From Acidimicrobiales bacterium (lineage in GTDB: Bacteria; Actinomycetota; Acidimicrobiia; Acidimicrobiales; JACCXE01), in assembly GCA_035536375.1 (NCBI GenBank), contig DATLOH010000062.1:1-60915 (forward strand): 60,915 nt of DNA, given 5' to 3'. How positions within the stretch are numbered: position 1 is the first letter of the stretch; every line of letters starts with the position of its first letter. Position numbers and translations under genes: made by a program. Of this stretch, positions 45,249-51,312 are shown in pieces. The notes under the pieces are model-generated. The model did not search any database, had not been told where the DNA came from, and saw nothing but the letters and a program-made list of their open reading frames with translations.

Positions 45249-46334
45249 GTGGAACGGGTCGTCCTTCAGGGCCTCGCCACTTTTAGGTGGGCGGCGTGGG
45301 TGTGGATGGTCGTCGTGCTCTTCGTCGGCCGCGACGATCTCGCCCGCCCGGAGATCGCATACGCCGCCGTGGCCACGGCGCTGGCGATGTGCGCGTGGGC
45401 GACATCACTGCTGCACGCCCGACCCAAGCTGCTCCTCGACCGCCGGGTTGTGGTCGTCGAGCTGCTCATCGGTGCCACGCTCATCGTGCTCGACGGGGTG
45501 GTTTCCGACCCGAACACCATGTTCACGACGCGACAGTCCCTCGGTTCGGCCTGGCCTTTCACCGGCATCCTTGGCGCGGGCATCGCCGGCGGCCCGATCG
45601 TGGGGGCCCTCGCGGGCGCCGCACTCGGTGTCGCACGTGTGGTGGCCGTCGCGGTAAACGAGACCCCGTTGAGTGAAGCGGGACGTGTCATGTCATTGCT
45701 CAACGCCACCGTCTTCTACGCGCTAACCGGCACAGTCGCCGGGTACCTCGTTCGCCGGCTGATGCGCGACGAAGAAGCGATCGCAAACGCGAACGCCCGC
45801 GCCGAAGTGGCCCGCACACTGCACGACGGCGTCCTCCAAACGTTGGCCTTGGTCGAACGACGCGTCGATGACCCCGCACTCGCCCGGCTGGCGCGCGACA
45901 CCGAGCGTGACCTCCGGGATTTCCTCGCCGGCACGGCGCCGCCGTCGGCGAGCGTCGACCTGGCGACCAATTTGCGCCGATCGGCGGCGCGCTGCGAGGA
46001 CCAGTTCGGCGTGCGCGTGTCCGTCGTCGTCGCCGACGACACCCCGGCGCTCAGCACGCGGTGCTCGGCCGCACTCTTGGGCGCCGTCGGCGAGGCGCTA
46101 GCCAATACCGGCAAGCATGCCGAAGCGAGCACAGTGACCGTGTACGTAGAACCGCAGAGCGACGGCGTGTTCTGTTCGGTCCGCGACGACGGCCGTGGCT
46201 TCGACCCGGCCGCAAGTTCGAAACGGATGGGGTTGCGCGAGTCGATCCGCGGGAGGATCGAAGCCGTCGGTGGACGCGCCGAAGTGCGCAGCCAGCCCGG
46301 CGAGGGGACGGAGGTCTGCGTGTGGCTTCCCTGA
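45249..46334 (+). CDS. sensor histidine kinase (HisKA_3 type, polytopic N-terminus; MacS-like)
   Basis: Four to five N-terminal TM helices, the H-box ARTLHDGVLQTL, and HATPase (NTGKHA...DDGRGFD...GLRESIRGRIEAVGG). Confidence 0.85.
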   Translation: MERVVLQGLATFRWAAWVWMVVVLFVGRDDLARPEIAYAAVATALAMCAWATSLLHARPKLLLDRRVVVVELLIGATLIVLDGVVSDPNTMFTTRQSLGSAWPFTGILGAGIAGGPIVGALAGAALGVARVVAVAVNETPLSEAGRVMSLLNATVFYALTGTVAGYLVRRLMRDEEAIANANARAEVARTLHDGVLQTLALVERRVDDPALARLARDTERDLRDFLAGTAPPSASVDLATNLRRSAARCEDQFGVRVSVVVADDTPALSTRCSAALLGAVGEALANTGKHAEASTVTVYVEPQSDGVFCSVRDDGRGFDPAASSKRMGLRESIRGRIEAVGGRAEVRSQPGEGTEVCVWLP

Positions 46335-46942
46335 GGCTGGTGCTCGCCGACGACCACCCGATCTGGCGCGATGGGCTGCGCGCCGACCTCGCAGACGACT
46401 TCGAGGTCGTTGGCGAGGCCGGTACCGGCGATGAGGCCGTGCGCGTCATCCAGGAGACGAAACCCGACCTCGTGGTGTGCGATCTGCACATGCCCGACGG
46501 CGGTGGTCTGAAGGTGGTGAAGGCGTGCTCGGCCCAGGTGCCGATCGTCATGCTCACGGTGTCCGAGCAGGAGCGCGACCTGTTCGACGCGGTCGCCGCC
46601 GGAGCCATGGGCTACCTCGTGAAGTCGACGCCTGGTCCTGAGCTGCGCGCTGCGCTGCTGCGGGCAGTCGCGGGTGAGCCGGTGTTCTCACCCCAGCTCG
46701 CCGCGCTCGTGCTCGGCGAGTTCCGCCGCGTCGTGCGCAAGGGAGGCACACAGCCGATCTCGGAGCGTGAGCGCGAGGTCCTACAGCTCGTCGCCCGCGG
46801 GCACACCTACAAGCAGATCGGTGCGCAGCTGTTCATCGCCGAGAAGACGGTCGAGAACCACGTGCGAAACATCCTCGGCAAGCTCCACCTCACACGCAAG
46901 CAGGAGCTGATCCGCTACGCCCTCGAGCACGGCATCGAATAG
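46322..46942 (+). CDS. NarL/LuxR-family response regulator
   Basis: LVLADDHPIWRDGL...DLVVCDLHMPDG receiver domain and SEREREVLQLVARGHTYKQIGAQLFIAEKTVENHVRNILGKL HTH. GTG 46322 (or 46340) overlaps the kinase stop. Confidence 0.9.
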   Translation: MASLRLVLADDHPIWRDGLRADLADDFEVVGEAGTGDEAVRVIQETKPDLVVCDLHMPDGGGLKVVKACSAQVPIVMLTVSEQERDLFDAVAAGAMGYLVKSTPGPELRAALLRAVAGEPVFSPQLAALVLGEFRRVVRKGGTQPISEREREVLQLVARGHTYKQIGAQLFIAEKTVENHVRNILGKLHLTRKQELIRYALEHGIE

Positions 46943-46955
46943 AGGGCCGGACGCG

Positions 46956-46987
46956 AAGAAGCCCCGGCATCATTGCCGGGGCTTCTT
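46956..46987. terminator. bidirectional intrinsic terminator (perfect 14-bp stem, 4-nt loop)
   Basis: aagaagccccggca tcat tgccggggcttctt, followed by a T-rich stretch (tcg), between convergent genes. Confidence 0.8.
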
Positions 46988-47004
46988 TCGGTCGAGGGGT
47001 GAAC

Positions 47005-47295
47005 TCAGACCACGGTGTTGAACGGGTCGTGCTCCTGGAGGAACTTCTCGAGGCGGGCCTCGTCGACTCGGTGGACGACCGTGTTGGCCTCGTGCTGGTC
47101 GCGGACGCACTTGGCGAGCGTGAACGCCGAGGTCACGGTGTAGAGAGCGCCAAACGCAAGGAACGCTCGAGTCCATGCGCTCACCGGGAGGTATGCGATG
47201 CCGAGGAGGAGACCGGCCCCCGCTACTGCGAAGGAGATCGCCGCTTGGGCGTAGAAGGCGGACGTGGGCTTTTGGTTGATGCTGATGTTTGCCAT
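47005..47295 (-). CDS. YiaA/YiaB two-helix inner membrane protein
   Basis: 96 aa. SAFYAQAAISFAVAGAGLLLGIAYLP and TRAFLAFGALYTVTSAFTLAKCVRD match the YiaAB pattern. Confidence 0.75.
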   Translation of the reverse strand: MANISINQKPTSAFYAQAAISFAVAGAGLLLGIAYLPVSAWTRAFLAFGALYTVTSAFTLAKCVRDQHEANTVVHRVDEARLEKFLQEHDPFNTVV

Positions 47296-47366
47296 GCGGT
47301 CACTGTGCGCCAGACCGCCCGCATCCGGCTATCCGTCGTCGCCCCCAAAGGCGCGTGGGGGTTCCC

Positions 47367-47843
47367 CTACTGAACGACGACGATGCCGGCCATGCCGATC
47401 GCTGCGTGGTGCACGCACGAGTACTGGAACGTGCCCGCGGTCGGGAACGTGCGCGTGTAGCTCAGCGTCGGCGCGACCTCGGGCACGGGGTAGTGCAGCG
47501 CCCCGGGAGCGACCGCAGGCGTGGTCGGAGTCGACGCCGGATAGTGGAAGCCGCTCGCGAACCCTGAACCGTTCACCGAGTGGCAGTGTGCGCTGTTCCA
47601 CGTCCACTGCACGGCCTCACCGGCATTGATCACGGTGACGGGCAGGAACCCTGTGGCCGGATCGTGATACGTGTTGTGGCCGAGCATCACGGTTGCGGCG
47701 GGCGTGACGGCCGCACCGAGCGCTCCATCAGCAGCCGAGCATCCTTGCCCGGTGCCCCGGTAGAAGTGCACGGCGCCGGCGCTTGGCACGACCGTCCCGA
47801 GCAGGCCGACAACAGCGGCGGTGACGAGCAGGACTCGACGCAT
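47367..47843 (-). CDS. secreted cupredoxin (blue copper) domain protein
   Basis: Signal peptide MRRVLLVTAAVVGLLGTVVPSAGA. Type-1 Cu ligand pattern: an upstream His (NSAHCHSV) and C-x2-H-x4-M (CVHHAAIGM). Start ATG 47843. Confidence 0.75.
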   Translation of the reverse strand: MRRVLLVTAAVVGLLGTVVPSAGAVHFYRGTGQGCSAADGALGAAVTPAATVMLGHNTYHDPATGFLPVTVINAGEAVQWTWNSAHCHSVNGSGFASGFHYPASTPTTPAVAPGALHYPVPEVAPTLSYTRTFPTAGTFQYSCVHHAAIGMAGIVVVQ

Positions 47844-47902
47844 CACGATCTCCCTCCCGCGCAGTCCCACGCTGCGACGGTTACGAGATGCTAGGCGGCC
47901 GT

Positions 47903-50203
47903 CTACTTCGACGGGGTGCTGGCAGGGAACACGCCGCCCGTAAAGGACGCCGGGTAGGCGAAGAAGCTCGTGCGCACGGTCGACGCCAGGGTGCCGCCGA
48001 AGACAAGGACATGCGGTCCGCCTCCTGCCCCCGCCGCCGTCATGAGGTTCGCCAAGCCGTCACCATCAATATCGGCCAGCGCCACCCTTGCACCACCGGT
48101 GAATGCAGGGTCGTAGGCATAAAAACTTTTGAGCACCGTATTGCCTGCTCCAGCGAAGACCCTGACATGCGGCCCGCCGCCCGCGTCGGCGCCCACTGCG
48201 ATATCCGCCTTCGAATCGTCGTCGAAGCGGCCGCAGGCGACGTGCACGCCGGCTGCGAAAGCCGGGTCGAAGGCGTAAAAACTCTTCAGAGGCGCGTTGT
48301 CGGTCCCCGAAAGAGCCTGCACGTGCGGGCCGCCGCCCGGGCCGGCGGCGGTGACGATGTCCATACGGCCGTCACCGTCGACGTTGCCCAAGCACACGCG
48401 AACGCCGCCGCTGAATGCCGGCGCGTAGGCGTAGAAGCTGCGGAGAACGGAGTTGTTGGCGCCCGAGAAAACCTGGACGTGGGGTCCACCGCCCGGGCCG
48501 GCACCGGTAACGATGTCGTCCTTGCCGTCGCCGTCGTAGTCGCCGGAACCGACGAACACGCCACCGGTGAAGTCGGCGGGGTAGGCGTAGAAGCTGCGCA
48601 GAACGGTGTCGTCCGCACCGGACAACACTTGGACATGTGGGCCGCCGCCCGGGCCGGCGGCAATAACCGTGTCGAGTACGCCGTCACCGTTGATATCGCC
48701 CTGGGCCACGGATGCTCCCCCGCTGAATGCGCCGTAGGGGGACAGGCGTTGCATCTCTGATCCGTTGCGGGCGAAGCCTGCCGCACCAACGGGTTCGCTC
48801 GCGCCAGACACCGTCACGATCGGAGGCGTGCCGAAACGTGCGAACGGCTTTGTCGAATTGCTGACGATGAAGACCAAGAGGCCATTGGCCGCGATAAAGC
48901 CCCGTGCGCCGGCAAGCGCCGGTGATGCACCCAGTTTCTTCGTTCCGGCGATAGTTCCGTCCGTGCGCCACAGCGACGAGTCCGAACCGCCCAGGAAGTA
49001 GCCCGAGCCGGCGGCACTCTCGACGCGCGGGACACCGCCACCCGAACCCGGGTTCGTGTCGACGAGCAGCACGGTTCCGTTGGCGGTGCCATCGGTCCCC
49101 CACGGCTCCACGCCGTGCTGCGGGTCGGTCGCGGCCATGACAACGCGGCTGTTGCCGAGGGCGACAGGTCGCGGCGTCGAGCTCTCAGCCCCGGGGTTGA
49201 TGTCCTTCACTAGCTGGGTGTTGGCCGCGGTGCCGTCGGTGCGCCACAATTCATTGCCGGTCGACCCGTCGGTGGCGGCGAACACCGCAAGTCCGTCGGC
49301 CACCTTGGCGAAGGTGGTGCCAAACCCGTCGATCGACATCGCGGCCCCAGGATTTATGTCCTCGACCAGCACGGTGCCGTTGGCGGTGCCATCGCTGCGC
49401 CAAAGCTCGCCGCCGTTCGCGTTGTCGAACGCACTGAGCAAGACCTGGGCGCCGTTGAGCGCAACGAAGCCGTTAGGGGACGAGCCATCAGCCCCGGCTT
49501 TGATGTCCTTCAACAACACCGTGCCGTTCGCCGTGCCGTCACTCGTCCAGGGTTCAGTGCCGTGCGTGCCGTCATCCCCCGAGAACCACACCCGGTTGAG
49601 CGCGACGCGTACGCGCGGCTGCGCGCCGGACCGCGACGTCTCGTCCGGCGCAACGTTCTTCACCATAGAGGTGCCCTCGCTCGTGCCGTCGCTGCGCCAC
49701 AGCTCGTCGCCGTGGACGCCGTCGTCCGCGGCGAAGTACGCCACTCCATTGAGATCCGCGATTTCTAAGCCGCTGATACTTCCGAGTTGCAAGCTGTCAT
49801 TGGTCCCGGGGTTGATGTCCTTGACGAGCTTCGTGCCCTCGGTGGTTCCGTCGCTGCGCCACAGCTCCGCACCGTGGACTTCGTCGAAGCCCACGAAGAA
49901 AAGGGAGTTGCCAACCCGGGTCAACTCGTCGAGCACGAAGAGCTCCGTCGATGACTCAGGCGGATACACCGTGTGCGTGCCGGCGCTCGTGCCGTCAGTC
50001 GAGGCCAGAAAGTGCCGGTTGCCAAACCCAATGGAGCAGACATAGGCGCGATCGTTCAACACCACCGGTGTCGGGGAACACGACGGCGGTGCTGAGTACC
50101 CGGTCGGCGACGCCGCGAACGCTGGACTCGCCGTGAGCGGCGTGAGAAGTGTGGCGCCGATCGCGAGCGCGAGGTAGAGGGCGATGCAACGGACACGGGT
50201 CAT
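47903..50203 (-). CDS. large secreted protein with ELWxxDGT repeats and C-terminal FG-GAP/VCBS repeats
   Basis: Signal peptide MTRVRCIALYLALAIGATLLTPLTASPAFA. About 7 repeats of G.ELWRSDGT..GT.LVKDINPG (about nt 48932-49876). Five repeats of about 52 aa, GD.DGDG..DIVT.AGPGGGPHV.V.SG....L.SFYAY (about nt 47936-48721). Confidence 0.85.
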   Translation of the reverse strand: MTRVRCIALYLALAIGATLLTPLTASPAFAASPTGYSAPPSCSPTPVVLNDRAYVCSIGFGNRHFLASTDGTSAGTHTVYPPESSTELFVLDELTRVGNSLFFVGFDEVHGAELWRSDGTTEGTKLVKDINPGTNDSLQLGSISGLEIADLNGVAYFAADDGVHGDELWRSDGTSEGTSMVKNVAPDETSRSGAQPRVRVALNRVWFSGDDGTHGTEPWTSDGTANGTVLLKDIKAGADGSSPNGFVALNGAQVLLSAFDNANGGELWRSDGTANGTVLVEDINPGAAMSIDGFGTTFAKVADGLAVFAATDGSTGNELWRTDGTAANTQLVKDINPGAESSTPRPVALGNSRVVMAATDPQHGVEPWGTDGTANGTVLLVDTNPGSGGGVPRVESAAGSGYFLGGSDSSLWRTDGTIAGTKKLGASPALAGARGFIAANGLLVFIVSNSTKPFARFGTPPIVTVSGASEPVGAAGFARNGSEMQRLSPYGAFSGGASVAQGDINGDGVLDTVIAAGPGGGPHVQVLSGADDTVLRSFYAYPADFTGGVFVGSGDYDGDGKDDIVTGAGPGGGPHVQVFSGANNSVLRSFYAYAPAFSGGVRVCLGNVDGDGRMDIVTAAGPGGGPHVQALSGTDNAPLKSFYAFDPAFAAGVHVACGRFDDDSKADIAVGADAGGGPHVRVFAGAGNTVLKSFYAYDPAFTGGARVALADIDGDGLANLMTAAGAGGGPHVLVFGGTLASTVRTSFFAYPASFTGGVFPASTPSK

Positions 50204-50270
50204 CAGCCATTGTGACCTGCGCGGCCGCTGCTTGATGTCGTCGGCGGACACGGCTGAGCCCCGGACGCGT

Positions 50271-50299
50271 ATCAGGGCCGGCGAAACGCCGGCCCTGAT
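50271..50299 (-). terminator. hairpin just downstream of tRNA-Ala (perfect 13-bp stem, 3-nt loop)
   Basis: atcagggccggcg aaa cgccggccctgat. Confidence 0.6.
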
Positions 50300-50312
50300 G
50301 CACTTTCGAGCG

Positions 50313-50386
50313 TGGAGGTGATGGGACTTGAACCCACGACTTCAGCATTGCGAACGCTGCGCTCTACCGGGCTGAGCTACACCCCC
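50313..50386 (-). tRNA. tRNA-Ala (anticodon CGC), CCA not encoded
   Basis: Hand-folded 74-nt cloverleaf GGGGGTG TA GCTC AGCCCGGTA GAGC G CAGCG TTCGCAA TGCTG AAGTC GTGGG TTCAAGT CCCAT CACCTCC A. G3:U70 Ala identity pair and anticodon loop TT-CGC-AA. Confidence 0.93.
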
Positions 50387-50426
50387 GAAGGAACGGGCAG
50401 CTTAGATCGCTCGGCAGTGCTGGCGA

Positions 50427-51041
50427 TCAGCCCTTGGTGTTGTTGGAGCCGTCGCCGACGGGGCCGACGGGCACCGGCCCGATGGGGCCGCCGATACCGG
50501 GTGCGCAATACCCGCACAAGCGGTTTACCCAGACACCCGCACGCTGGTAGGCGGTGTTCACGTTGCTGATCACGAGGTTGATCGTTGCAAACGCCTCGTC
50601 GCCGACGGGACCGACCGGCTGCGGGCCGATGATGCCGCCGATGCCAGGCGCGCACGCACCACAATTGTCGCGGAGCATCGAATCGACGCCGTCCGCGAGT
50701 CGGTACGCAGTGTCGTCGGCGCGCCCGAGGAATGTGGTGCCGACATCGCCGACCTCGACGCTGACGGCGTCTGCCACGCCGTCCACGGGTGCGAGTCGCG
50801 ACCCCACGCCTTCCAACCCGACCTCGGCGGTCGGACGAACTCGACGACCGACGTCCTCGACGAACTGCTGGGCGGGCGACGTACCGACGCCGACCTCGAT
50901 GACGTCGTCAATCGCACCAAGCCCCGCCGAAGGGTCGGCGACGCCATAGTCGTCCAACGGACCGGCGAGTGCCGGCCCGACGAGGCCGGCGGAAACGATG
51001 GCAGCGACCGCGGCACTTGCCGCGAGAATACGAATGCGCAT
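50427..51041 (-). CDS. secreted protein with two copies of a C-x2-C-APGIGG-IGP-PVGPVGD module
   Basis: GGGGAGAGGG RBS, then signal peptide MRIRILAASAAVAAIVSAGLVGPALA. Motif copies at nt 50598-50663 and 50451-50516. The long 5' extension in the track ORF is rejected. Confidence 0.65.
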   Translation of the reverse strand: MRIRILAASAAVAAIVSAGLVGPALAGPLDDYGVADPSAGLGAIDDVIEVGVGTSPAQQFVEDVGRRVRPTAEVGLEGVGSRLAPVDGVADAVSVEVGDVGTTFLGRADDTAYRLADGVDSMLRDNCGACAPGIGGIIGPQPVGPVGDEAFATINLVISNVNTAYQRAGVWVNRLCGYCAPGIGGPIGPVPVGPVGDGSNNTKG

Positions 51042-51130
51042 AAAGACCCTCTCCCCAGAAGAAACTTCTCCGGACAGTATGGGCGCGACGAGGGCCTGGT
51101 GCAACGTGGCGTTTGTCACGCCGCGTGGTG

Positions 51131-51277
51131 CTAGCGGTCGTCGCCCACCGGCCCTACTGGCCTTGGCCCGATGGGGATTCCGATACCTGGCGCCTGCGCA
51201 CCGAACACCTTGATGAGGATCGCAGCTAGCCCGGCGGCAACCGCAACAAGCCTGAGTGTCAGGAAAATCTTCCGCAT
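51131..51277 (-). CDS. 48-aa membrane/signal peptide ending in the same APGIG-PIGP-PVGPVGD motif
   Basis: MRKIFLTLRLVAVAAGLAAILIKVFGAQAPGIGIPIGPRPVGPVGDDR. AAGGGA-like RBS upstream. The motif is conserved at the protein level, but the DNA differs from the two copies in the next gene. Confidence 0.5.
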   Translation of the reverse strand: MRKIFLTLRLVAVAAGLAAILIKVFGAQAPGIGIPIGPRPVGPVGDDR

Positions 51278-51312
51278 CAGACAGTCCCTTCGACGTCGTC
51301 GGCGAGAGTGTG

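Noticed and set aside
50313-50386. tRNA-Ala as the attachment site of a genomic island covering the FG-GAP/cupredoxin genes.
   Set aside because: There is no integrase, recombinase or other mobility gene. I could not spot a direct repeat of the tRNA 3' end between 46940 and 50313, and the composition looks like the rest of the window.
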